This document shows positions 8,586 through 16,979 of a DNA stretch of 64,000 bases, piece by piece; the stretch's first letter is position 1, and each line of letters starts with the position of its first letter. The stretch covers positions 19,497 to 83,496 of the forward strand of contig JBHIEE010000001.1 of NCBI GenBank assembly GCA_046760445.1, written 5' to 3'. The DNA comes from Candidatus Aminicenantia bacterium. GTDB lineage: Bacteria; Acidobacteriota; Aminicenantia; JdFR-78. The translations under genes and the position numbers were made by a program. The notes under the pieces were generated by a model, which saw nothing but the letters and a program-made list of their open reading frames with translations, did no database searches and was not told where the DNA came from.

Positions 8586-9164
8586 TTATTTTTTAGAGAT
8601 AAAAGGACTCCCTTTTAAATAACCCCGCCATAGTCTGTCAGTGCCCTCTTTAATACCTATTCGCGGTCTCCAGACCAATTCTTTCTTAAAAGATTTCCCT
8701 TTCTCCACAAAAAGTGGGGAGTAAGAGGAAGTTAAATCCAGACCATTTAAAGAATCATCAATAGCAAAGGCTTGAGTTAATTTTCCGGGTCCAGAAGTTA
8801 AATTGGATAAATCGTTGGTTTTTCTTCTTTCTTTCATTAATTCAATTCCTTCTAATGGTTCAACAGTTCTAATTAAAATTGCTGCCGGGAAATTTTCTTT
8901 TTCGGTAATAATATTAAGCAAATAATACATTCCATAAGTCAAGTAAATAAATGATCTGCCCGGTGAGTGATAAAGAGAGTTGCTTTTTTTGGTTCTTCCT
9001 CTGAAAGCAAAACTGGCTGGATCGTCTTCTCCGCGATAAACTTCTACTTCGACGATCATTCCAGAAGTAGTTCCTTGAAGAGATTTTCTGACTAAAATAT
9101 GTCCAATAATCTCCTCAGCAACTTCTAAACTTGGACGATTATAAAATGCTCTCTTTAAAATCAT
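8586..9164 (-). CDS. DNA-3-methyladenine glycosylase (Mpg/AAG family)
   Basis: FYNRPSLEVAEEIIGHILV, GMIVEVEVYRGEDDPASFAFRG, LTYGMYYLLNI, AILIRTVEP. Confidence 0.8.
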   Translation of the reverse strand: MILKRAFYNRPSLEVAEEIIGHILVRKSLQGTTSGMIVEVEVYRGEDDPASFAFRGRTKKSNSLYHSPGRSFIYLTYGMYYLLNIITEKENFPAAILIRTVEPLEGIELMKERRKTNDLSNLTSGPGKLTQAFAIDDSLNGLDLTSSYSPLFVEKGKSFKKELVWRPRIGIKEGTDRLWRGYLKGSPFISKK

Positions 9165-9179
9165 CGATATTATATTATT

Positions 9180-9632
9180 TTATTTTTCGATTAATTTCCA
9201 TCTTTCTACTGTCCAGCCATTCTCGTCCTGGATCGGCGAACCAATCATTTCTACATTTAAATTAAAAAGTTTATTCAGAGCAGCCACTATAAGAGAAGTA
9301 GAAATATGAGGAGGAACATAATTCTCTTTGATTAATCTAAAAGCTGATTTTAAGATAGAAGGATTTCTCATCTTATATTCAATTTCGTCTTTTTTTGTAA
9401 AAACGATTTCAATTTTCTCAATATAACCAACTTCTTCCAAGTATTTGGTTAGAGCAGCTAAGACTTCATTAATTTTGCCTTTTTTAAGGTTGAGCTGGTT
9501 GTTGAGTTCAGAAAAAAGTATTTCTCCTGATCTCCAGACTACTTTCCAGGCTTTTTCTCCCCATAACTCTCCAATTGCTCGATAAATAGAATACATCTCC
9601 AGGTCAAAAAAATCTTGATTTATTCCTTTCAT
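9180..9632 (-). CDS. Hypothetical protein (150 aa)
   Basis: Clean ORF with an SD (ggaaggaattaaaaa) and a strong promoter upstream. No motif recognised. Confidence 0.55.
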   Translation of the reverse strand: MKGINQDFFDLEMYSIYRAIGELWGEKAWKVVWRSGEILFSELNNQLNLKKGKINEVLAALTKYLEEVGYIEKIEIVFTKKDEIEYKMRNPSILKSAFRLIKENYVPPHISTSLIVAALNKLFNLNVEMIGSPIQDENGWTVERWKLIEK

Positions 9633-9674
9633 TTTTTAATTCCTTCCAGAAATTTCCATTTCACTTGGGGGTTT

Positions 9675-9703
9675 ATTATATTTATAAATGCATAGATAAT
9701 CAA
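9675..9703 (-). promoter_or_regulatory. Sigma70-type promoter, TTGATT-17-TATAAT, probable start of the 9.6-kb to 0-kb minus-strand operon
   Basis: The reverse strand reads ttgattatctatgcatttataaatataat, about 40 nt upstream of the ATG at 9632. Confidence 0.6.
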
Positions 9704-9776
9704 TTTTCCTGGGGCTGGATATATGAGAAAATTAATATTTCACGGCATTTAGAGATTAGTTAAATTAGAAGAGACT

Positions 9777-10487
9777 TTATCCGCTGTAGTATTTCAGGGC
9801 AAGAATTCCCAGAATACTGTAAATTATGCTTTTTACCAGCCAGAACCCAAAGGAAATAAATAAAGATTTTTTTAATGGAAGTTTGAAAACATGAGCAATA
9901 CCATAGCCTAATACTCCGAACATCCAGAGCTGAAAAAAATCAAACTGAGATAGAATAGTATATAAAGGAGAGGTTACTTCCAGGTGGGGAAAGAAGATGG
10001 GCAATCCAGTACTTGTTTGGAAAACTGATTTCTTGGAAATTATTAGAAAATACCTGACTATATTCCCAAATATCCGATCAATATAAGCAGCTTGCAGAAA
10101 AGAAGAAAAAAGTTGTTTGAAATTTCCCTGGGTAGAAAAGATTCGACCTGCTCCAAAGAGTATTCCACTCGAGAGGAGAAAGCCAAGGATAGCGCCAATT
10201 GGAGTCATAATTAAAGCTTGGATTATTCTTCCTTTTTGAGATGGGTTTTCCAGTCTTTCTATCATTTGGTTGAATCTTTCTTCACCCATTCTTTCTTGAA
10301 GTTTAACATTATCTTTTAAAAGCACTAATCTATCTTTGGTCGAGTAGGAAGTGGTTAAATAAGAGAAGAAAATCAAAACAATTAATAAAAGCACAAGTTC
10401 TGTTCTCCAAGTTGGTTTTTCTGAAATAGATTTAAAAGTTGAATCTGGATTTAAAAAAACACCAAAAAAGCGTTGAAAAAAGCTCAT
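9777..10487 (-). CDS. Yip1-domain-like multi-pass membrane protein
   Basis: N-terminus MSFFQRFFGVFLNPDSTFKSI followed by about 5 hydrophobic helices. Confidence 0.6.
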   Translation of the reverse strand: MSFFQRFFGVFLNPDSTFKSISEKPTWRTELVLLLIVLIFFSYLTTSYSTKDRLVLLKDNVKLQERMGEERFNQMIERLENPSQKGRIIQALIMTPIGAILGFLLSSGILFGAGRIFSTQGNFKQLFSSFLQAAYIDRIFGNIVRYFLIISKKSVFQTSTGLPIFFPHLEVTSPLYTILSQFDFFQLWMFGVLGYGIAHVFKLPLKKSLFISFGFWLVKSIIYSILGILALKYYSG

Positions 10488-10738
10488 TTTTTTCTCCTAA
10501 AGAGGATTTAGATGTTGTCAAATTTAACCACAGAGGCCACCTGCTTTAATAAATCCCAAATACCAAGCCCCGTAGTCCCGAGTACTCGGGATGTACGGGG
10601 CAAGCACCAAATACCAAACAATATCCAATAACCTAATACCAAACGTAAACTTTGTCTGTGAAGTGTAAAGTGTAAGGTGTCATTTGTCACTTTACTCCTT
10701 ACTCTTTACGATTTACAGTTTTTGTAATTTGGAATTTT
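10488..10738. repeat. Composite intergenic repeat element made of stutter words and two hairpins
   Basis: GC-rich hairpin at 10567-10601 (gccccgta..cccgagtactcggg..tacggggc). 25-nt-arm imperfect hairpin at 10658-10709. aatacc-type stutter at 10610-10640. Shares ggtatttgggattt with 23152-23166. Confidence 0.7.
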
Positions 10739-11443
10739 TCATTGTATTCTGCTATATGTTCTTCCTTCTTCCTTTTCAATTACTCCATCTCTCAAGTAAA
10801 TAATTCTTTCCGTAGAGGAAGCTACTTCTTTGTTATGAGAGACAAGGATGATTGTATTACCTTGAGAATGGATTTTTTTAAAAAGATTGAGAATTTCTTT
10901 CCCTGTTCGGGAATCAAGATTTCCAGTTGGTTCATCAGCTAACAATAGTGAAGGATTATTAACTAAAGCTCGGGCAATGGCGACTCGCTGCCTTTCTCCG
11001 CCAGAGAGCTCACTCGGGCGATGATTCATTCTATCTTCCAGCTCGACTAACTTCAGGGCATTCCTGGTTCTTTCTATTCTTTCTGATTTTGGGGTGCCAT
11101 TATAGATTAAAGGTAATTCAACATTTCGAAAAGCTGTTGCTCTGGGAAGGAGATTAAATACCTGAAACACAAAACCAATTTCTTTATTTCTAATATAAGC
11201 CAGCTCATTTTCATTTAATAAACTGACCAATTTACCATTTAAATAGTATTCGCCTTTAGTTGGGGTATCAAGACATCCAATAAGATTCATAAGAGTTGAT
11301 TTTCCGGAGCCTGAAGGGCCCATAATGGCAACGAGTTCATTTTTTTCAATAGAAAAAGTTATTCCCTGCAAAGCTGGAACTTCTGTTTTGCCCAATTGAT
11401 ATATTTTCCATAAGTTAATCGTTCTTATCAAAGGATCACTCAT
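10739..11443 (-). CDS. ABC transporter ATP-binding protein (MacB/LolD-type)
   Basis: Walker [10 protein letters not shown], signature [15 protein letters not shown], Walker B LLLADEPT. Confidence 0.9.
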   Translation of the reverse strand: MSDPLIRTINLWKIYQLGKTEVPALQGITFSIEKNELVAIMGPSGSGKSTLMNLIGCLDTPTKGEYYLNGKLVSLLNENELAYIRNKEIGFVFQVFNLLPRATAFRNVELPLIYNGTPKSERIERTRNALKLVELEDRMNHRPSELSGGERQRVAIARALVNNPSLLLADEPTGNLDSRTGKEILNLFKKIHSQGNTIILVSHNKEVASSTERIIYLRDGVIEKEEGRTYSRIQ

Positions 11444-11482
11444 TTTCTTTCCTTTTTAACTCTGTATTCAAAATAATGCGCA

Positions 11483-12679
11483 TTAGGAAGAAGACTTTTC
11501 CTCAGATTTAATCAAACGGCCATCTTTTAATTGTCGAAGAGCACTGTAGGGACCAACGATTACTTCTTGCCCTTCCTTCAGGCCTGATTTTATTTCTACC
11601 ATCATTTCTCCCATAATTCCTTTTTCAACTGGTTGAAAATAGGCTCTACCTTCTTTAACAATATAGACCCCTTCTTTTTCTTCCTTCTTTTTGTCCTCTT
11701 TTTCCTCTTCTTTTAATACTAAAGAGGAAATAGGCACAGCTAATACATTTTCTCTTTTGGCAGTAATTATATCAGCTGAAGCAGAAAGTCCTGGCTTAAG
11801 AGTCTTTGGAGAATCAATAAGTGTAATAACCACTTTGAAATCTTTTGCTTCTTCACTGGTTACCTGACCTAATTTTGCCAAGGCTGAACTTCCCACTTCT
11901 GTTACTTTTCCCTTAATTATTCTCTCCGGAAGAGCATCTACCCTCACTTCAGATGGCTGTTCAAGTTCAACAGCAATGACATCTGTTTCATCAACTTCGA
12001 CTTCAACTTCCATAACAGAGAGATCTGCAATAGTCATTAATACTGTTCCTGGATTGTTCATTGTCCCGGTTATCACTACTTCTCCTTCTTCAATCCGCAA
12101 GCTGGTAATAATTCCATCAATGGGCGAGTGATAAACGGTTTTATTTAGATTATCAAGAGAGCTTTGCAGAGAGGCCTTTGCTTCATCAATCCGATGGGTA
12201 ATTGCTTGATAACTGGCTAAGGAAATTTCATGCTGAGTCTTGGCATTTTCTAATTGTTCATCAGAAATTAGATTTTCCCGATGAAGTTTCTTTGCCCTTT
12301 GATAGGCTTGTTCGTCCCTTTTTAGTCTTGCTCGGGCTTGAATTAAATCAGCCTGTAAGGAGGCAATCATTGCTCTATCCCGTTCGACATAAGCCTCATA
12401 TTGGGTTGAATCGAGTTTCAAAAGAAAATCTCCCTTATTGACATACTGTCCTTCTTCTACTCCGATTTTAACTACTCTTCCCGGAATATGAGCACTGATA
12501 TTGATATTTTTCCTTGGTTTGACTTCTCCTGAAGCTGAAACAATAGAGGTCAGATTATGTGTTTTTACTTTTTCTATTTTCACTTTAATTGCTCTCTCTC
12601 GTTGGACTTGTAAATTGAAAAATATTATCAGAGCAATTATCACAATCACAATTAAGCCAATAATTACTTTTTTCTTCAT
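11483..12679 (-). CDS. Efflux periplasmic adaptor (HlyD/MacA family)
   Basis: N-terminal TM helix, a long coiled-coil hairpin region and lipoyl/beta-barrel segments. Sits upstream of the ABC ATPase. Confidence 0.8.
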   Translation of the reverse strand: MKKKVIIGLIVIVIIALIIFFNLQVQRERAIKVKIEKVKTHNLTSIVSASGEVKPRKNINISAHIPGRVVKIGVEEGQYVNKGDFLLKLDSTQYEAYVERDRAMIASLQADLIQARARLKRDEQAYQRAKKLHRENLISDEQLENAKTQHEISLASYQAITHRIDEAKASLQSSLDNLNKTVYHSPIDGIITSLRIEEGEVVITGTMNNPGTVLMTIADLSVMEVEVEVDETDVIAVELEQPSEVRVDALPERIIKGKVTEVGSSALAKLGQVTSEEAKDFKVVITLIDSPKTLKPGLSASADIITAKRENVLAVPISSLVLKEEEKEDKKKEEKEGVYIVKEGRAYFQPVEKGIMGEMMVEIKSGLKEGQEVIVGPYSALRQLKDGRLIKSEEKSSS

Positions 12680-12741
12680 TCTTTCGTTCCTCCTAACATC
12701 ATATTATAATACGAGAGATTTTTCAAAAAGTTTAGCTCTTT

Positions 12742-12776
12742 CAAGATAGTCAGCCTGTTTACCCCTGACTATCTTG
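12742..12776. promoter_or_regulatory. 12-bp-arm inverted repeat in a divergent promoter region
   Basis: caagatagtcag-N11-ctgactatcttg, followed by tttt on the plus strand. Confidence 0.5.
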
Positions 12777-12804
12777 TTTTACAATGAAATTTTACATTTT
12801 TACC

Positions 12805-12835
12805 CAATATCGGAATTTGAAAAATTCCGATATTG
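12805..12835. promoter_or_regulatory. Perfect 31-bp palindrome (14-bp arms, 3-nt centre), operator-like
   Basis: caatatcggaattt-gaa-aaattccgatattg, immediately upstream of candidate -35 boxes (TTGATT at 12843, TTGCTT at 12850) for the IMPase gene. Confidence 0.6.
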
Positions 12836-12888
12836 AAATCTATTGATTCTTGCTTCATATCAGAATAATTGATATTATTTAGGATACA

Positions 12889-13680
12889 ATGGTTAAGTAC
12901 TTGAAGATAGCTAAGAAAGTAGTTAAAGAAGCAGGAAAGATTTTAAAGGAAAATTTATCTCGAGAGATGAAAGTTGAGTATAAAGGAGAGGTTAATTTAG
13001 TTACTTCCCAAGACAAATTATCCCAGGAAATTATTTATCAGAAATTGAGCTCTCTTTTTCTAGAACATGATTTTTTAGCTGAAGAAGAGCTCGAAAAAAT
13101 AAAGGGGTCAGAATTCAGATGGATAATAGATCCCTTAGATGGTACAACTAATTATGCTCATCGATTCCCCATTTTTTGCGTTTCAATTGCCTTAGAGTAC
13201 CGAGGAAAAGTAATTTTAGGAACAATTTATAATCCAATGCTAGATGAGTTATTTTGGGCAGTAAAGGGAGAGGGTGCCTTTTTGAATAATAAACCAATTA
13301 AAGTTTCCTCTACTCAAGAATTGGATAAAAGCTTACTGGCTACAGGATTTCCTTATGATTTAAGAGAGAGTGAGGAAAATAATATAAATCACTTTAATAA
13401 TTTTCTTGTTCGAACTCAAGCCATAAGAAGATGTGGTTCAGCTGCTCTTGATCTTTGTTATGTGGCCTGTGGAAGATTTGATGGCTTTTGGGAGTTAAAG
13501 CTATTTCCATGGGATTTAGCTGCTGGAATACTTATTGTTGAAGAGGCTGGAGGTCGGATTTCTGATTTTAGAGATAAAGAAGTTAATATATACGCAAAGG
13601 AAATTGTGGCGAGTAATGGCTTAATTCATCAACAGATGATTGAAGTCTTGGATTTGGAAAACTATTCGGTTAAAAAATAA
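12889..13680 (+). CDS. Inositol monophosphatase family protein (SuhB-like)
   Basis: WIIDPLDGTTNYAHRFP, RRCGSAALDLCYVACGRFDGFWE. Confidence 0.85.
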   Translation: MVKYLKIAKKVVKEAGKILKENLSREMKVEYKGEVNLVTSQDKLSQEIIYQKLSSLFLEHDFLAEEELEKIKGSEFRWIIDPLDGTTNYAHRFPIFCVSIALEYRGKVILGTIYNPMLDELFWAVKGEGAFLNNKPIKVSSTQELDKSLLATGFPYDLRESEENNINHFNNFLVRTQAIRRCGSAALDLCYVACGRFDGFWELKLFPWDLAAGILIVEEAGGRISDFRDKEVNIYAKEIVASNGLIHQQMIEVLDLENYSVKK

Positions 13681-13717
13681 GTGATTTGAATTAACAAATG
13701 AAGGGAAAGTTATAGAA

Positions 13718-14998
13718 ATGAAACTGTCGGGAAAACATAATCTAAAAATTATTCCGAGTTTAATTGTCTATTTTCTCTATTTGTGGTTGATGCGCTGTGC
13801 TCCGGTAAGGGGTCCTTGGGAAATTGAGGAAAGTAAAGTTGGTCATGGTTTCAATTTGATGTCAAAAGAAACAGAGATTGAATACAGCCAGCAAATAGTC
13901 AAGGATATAGAACAGGAAGTGGAGATTCTGGATGACCCGGTTTCAAATAGATATATCACTTATCTTGGGGAAAGAATAGTTAGGAATACTCATCTTAAAC
14001 ATTTAGTCAAAGATTATGACTGGTCTTTCAAAATAATTAATTCTTCAGTAGTAAATGCTTTTGCCACTTTAGGAGGGAAGATTTATATTAATCGAGGATT
14101 AATTGAAAAAGCCGAGAGTGAGGCAGAATTAGCAGGAGTAGTAGGGCATGAAATTGGACATGTAATGGGCAGGCACATCAGTCAGCAGATTTCAAAGATT
14201 GCCTTAATGAATTTATTAGTTCAAGCAGGGACTTTAATTATTGGTGGTGAGGGAAAAAAGATTCTTTCTGATATCTTTAAAACAGCAGGAGGAATAGGAA
14301 CATTTTTTGCCAGCTTGAAATACTCCCGAGATGCGGAAAGAGAAGCAGATTACTTAGCTGTTCAGAACGTTCATGATGCAGGGATTGATCCTCGAGGGAT
14401 GGTCACTTTTTTTTATCGACTTTTAGAAATAGAAAAGGAAAAGGGTGCATCTATTTGGTGGCTTTCTACTCATCCACCTACCCAAGAAAGGACTGAATGG
14501 GTTACTTTTCATATCGAGAACCTTCCCCGAAGCAAATATAAATCAGACGAGATCAACTTTAAGAAAGTAAAATTACATCTTCAATCCCTCCCTCCTCCAG
14601 TGGAGCCAAAGAAATCAGAAGTCTCTTCTCCAGAATTAGTGAAAACAGTCGCTGTGCATGGTAATTCAGGTTGGGTAGACACCGAGATAGATATTGAGAG
14701 TAATCAGGAAATATTTATTCAAGCATCAGGGGAAATTTGTTTACAGAAAGGAAATCCAAAAGCGTGGTGTGACCCAGATGGGTTGCCCTATAGAAGTATG
14801 CAACAGCCATTTCCTCAGCAAAATATTGGAGCATTAATTGGAAAAATAGGGCGAGATGGCCTTGATTATTTCCTTGTTGGAACGAGAAATACGATTAAGA
14901 TTTTGGAGGGGGGACGTCTATTCTTAGGAATTAATGAAAATCTGATTAAAGATAATAGCGGTTCCTTTATAGTTAAGATTTATCTTCGGCCAAGTTAG
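13718..14998 (+). CDS. M48 family metallopeptidase with a C-terminal PA-IL/LecA-like lectin domain
   Basis: HEIGHVMGRH zinc motif and an N-terminal signal/TM segment. The C-terminal ~115 aa end in NIGALIGKIG...NENLIKDNSGSFIVKIYL, which resembles PA-IL. Confidence 0.8.
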   Translation: MKLSGKHNLKIIPSLIVYFLYLWLMRCAPVRGPWEIEESKVGHGFNLMSKETEIEYSQQIVKDIEQEVEILDDPVSNRYITYLGERIVRNTHLKHLVKDYDWSFKIINSSVVNAFATLGGKIYINRGLIEKAESEAELAGVVGHEIGHVMGRHISQQISKIALMNLLVQAGTLIIGGEGKKILSDIFKTAGGIGTFFASLKYSRDAEREADYLAVQNVHDAGIDPRGMVTFFYRLLEIEKEKGASIWWLSTHPPTQERTEWVTFHIENLPRSKYKSDEINFKKVKLHLQSLPPPVEPKKSEVSSPELVKTVAVHGNSGWVDTEIDIESNQEIFIQASGEICLQKGNPKAWCDPDGLPYRSMQQPFPQQNIGALIGKIGRDGLDYFLVGTRNTIKILEGGRLFLGINENLIKDNSGSFIVKIYLRPS

Positions 14999-15001
14999 AT
15001 A

Positions 15002-16342
15002 TTATTTTTTCGGTAAGAATTTATTCATAAAATAAGTAGTGTATTTTCCTTTCCTGAAATTTGTGTTACTCAGTATATTTAAGTGGAGAGGGATATTCGT
15101 CTTTACTCCGACTATAGTTGCCGTTTCCAAAGCTACTCTCATCTTATTGATTGCTTCTGGCCGTGTAGGAGCGTGAACAATAATTTTAGCTATAAGAGAA
15201 TCATAGAAAGGAGGAATTTCATACCCACAGTAAATGGCTGTGTCAACTCTAACCCCAGGGCCACCAGGGAGAGCTAAAAAATCAACTTTTCCTGGAGAAG
15301 GAGCGAAGGTTTCTGGGTCCTCTGCGTTTATTCGACATTCTATACTATGGCCTTTCATCTCTATATTCTTTTTGATAGAAAATTTTTCTCCAGCAGCCAG
15401 TTTAATCTGCTCCTTAAGTAAATCCACTCCAAAAACCATTTCTGTAATTGGATGCTCAACTTGAATTCGAGTATTAGCTTCCATAAAATAATAATTTTTG
15501 TTTTCATCCAATAAAAATTCAAAAGTTCCCAGACTTTGATAACCAATAGATTCTGCTGCTTCCTCAACCTCTTTAATCATCTTTTTTCTTAATCGGTCAT
15601 CTACTACTGGAGAAGGGGTTTCCTCGATGATTTTTTGATGCTTTCTTTGAATTGAACATTCTCTTTCACCCAGGACAATTACTTTACCAGTGGAGTCTCC
15701 AATGATCTGGACTTCAATATGACGAGCTTCTTCTAAATATTTTTCTAAGTATAAGGAAGAATTCCCAAAAGCAGCATTAGCTTCACTTTGAGCAATCCGG
15801 AATGAATCTTCTAATTGTTTGGGGGAATAGACGATTCTCATTCCCTTTCCTCCTCCTCCAGCAACTGCCTTAAGCATAACTGGATAGCCAATTTGAGAAA
15901 TAATTTTTTTGGCTTCTTTTAGATCAGTTACTATCTCTTTGCTTCCGGGAATGACAGGAAGCTTGGCTTTCTGCATAGTCTGTCGAGCTTTTTGTTTATC
16001 CCCCATTAATCTAATTATTTCTGCAGGAGGCCCAATAAACTTAATGCCAGATGTTTCACATATTTCTACAAATCGAGGGTTTTCAGCTAAAAAGCCATAT
16101 CCTGGGTGAATAGCATCTGCCTTCGTGATTTCAGCCGCACTAATGATAGCAGGAATATTTAGGTAGCTGTCAATCGCTCTGGCTGGTCCAATACATATTT
16201 TTTCATCAGCCAGGAGCACAGGTAAGGAATTTTTATCAGCCTCTGAATAAATGGCAACTGTTTTTAACCCTAATTCCTTGCAGGCCCGAATTATTCGGAG
16301 AGCTATTTCTCCTCGGTTAGCAATTAATACTTTAGAAAGCAT
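15002..16342 (-). CDS. accC: Acetyl-CoA carboxylase, biotin carboxylase subunit
   Basis: KVLIANRGEIALRIIRACKELG, ATP-grasp GGGGKGMRIV, EMNTRIQVEHP-type MEANTRIQVEHPITE. Confidence 0.95.
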   Translation of the reverse strand: MLSKVLIANRGEIALRIIRACKELGLKTVAIYSEADKNSLPVLLADEKICIGPARAIDSYLNIPAIISAAEITKADAIHPGYGFLAENPRFVEICETSGIKFIGPPAEIIRLMGDKQKARQTMQKAKLPVIPGSKEIVTDLKEAKKIISQIGYPVMLKAVAGGGGKGMRIVYSPKQLEDSFRIAQSEANAAFGNSSLYLEKYLEEARHIEVQIIGDSTGKVIVLGERECSIQRKHQKIIEETPSPVVDDRLRKKMIKEVEEAAESIGYQSLGTFEFLLDENKNYYFMEANTRIQVEHPITEMVFGVDLLKEQIKLAAGEKFSIKKNIEMKGHSIECRINAEDPETFAPSPGKVDFLALPGGPGVRVDTAIYCGYEIPPFYDSLIAKIIVHAPTRPEAINKMRVALETATIVGVKTNIPLHLNILSNTNFRKGKYTTYFMNKFLPKK

Positions 16343-16348
16343 TTTGAG

Positions 16349-16807
16349 TTATTTTGAAGGTTGGATAGCAAATAATTTCTGCCCATATTCAACCGGTTGT
16401 CCATTTTCAACATAAATCTTCTTAATTACTCCCTCTACTTCAGATTCAATTTCATTCATTAATTTCATTGCTTCCACAATACATAATACTTGGTTTTTTT
16501 CAACTTTATCTCCTTCCTCCACATAAGGCGGTGAGGAAGGGTCTGGAGATTGGTAAAATGTTCCTACAATGGGAGACTTAACATAATAGATGTTGTTTGA
16601 AGTACTTTCTGGGATGGCTTCTTCAGTCTCAGAAGGAGAGAGTTGAGTTTTTTCTTCTTTTGAAATAATAGTTGAAGGAGAAACAGGAGGATTTTTAGCT
16701 ATTCTGATTTTAAATCCTTCTATCTCTAATTCAAACTCAGCTAAGTTTCTTTCATCTATTAAATTGATAATTTTTTCGATTTCTTTAAAATCAATTTTAG
16801 CACTCAC
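16349..16807 (-). CDS. accB: Biotin carboxyl carrier protein
   Basis: Biotinylation motif VEAMKLMNEI and a Pro/Ser-rich linker. Lies directly upstream of accC. Confidence 0.9.
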   Translation of the reverse strand: MSAKIDFKEIEKIINLIDERNLAEFELEIEGFKIRIAKNPPVSPSTIISKEEKTQLSPSETEEAIPESTSNNIYYVKSPIVGTFYQSPDPSSPPYVEEGDKVEKNQVLCIVEAMKLMNEIESEVEGVIKKIYVENGQPVEYGQKLFAIQPSK

Positions 16808-16867
16808 TTCTCCTCTCCCTTAATTTTTATCTCCGCCAATTATAAAGCGGATATAAAAAGTATTAAT

Positions 16868-16896
16868 ACCATAATGCTAATAAATTAAAAAGTCAA
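16868..16896 (-). promoter_or_regulatory. Sigma70-type promoter for accBC, TTGACT-17-TATGGT
   Basis: The reverse strand reads ttgactttttaatttattagcattatggt. Confidence 0.5.
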
Positions 16897-16903
16897 GTTT
16901 AAT

Positions 16904-16932
16904 TTGACTTATCAGGAGAGTTTCTTTAAAAT
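16904..16932 (+). promoter_or_regulatory. Sigma70-type promoter for ffh, TTGACT-17-TAAAAT
   Basis: ttgacttatcaggagagtttctttaaaat, 48 nt upstream of the ffh ATG. Confidence 0.6.
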
Positions 16933-16979
16933 GGCATTGTTTTTAGTGAGTTTATTATTTTGAATAAAATTGATCAGAA

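Noticed and set aside
10515-10521. TTGACAA (also 38648-38654, minus strand) as a sigma70 -35 box
   Set aside because: With 16-18-nt spacing the -10 would fall on the GGAG Shine-Dalgarno, leaving no 5' UTR. It is therefore reported only as part of a conserved module.
10508-10690. 60-aa minus-strand ORF in the track (MTNDTLHFTLHRQSLRLVLGYW...)
   Set aside because: It lies entirely inside the stutter/hairpin repeat element and its sequence is a translation of the repeats. It has no SD and no protein-like features.
10488-10738. CRISPR array hypothesis for the repeat-rich gaps (also 38621-39040, 50290-50510, 53020-53189)
   Set aside because: The repeat period is 7-9 nt, or the units are single hairpins. 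There are no 24-40-nt direct repeats alternating with unique spacers, and no cas genes in the window.
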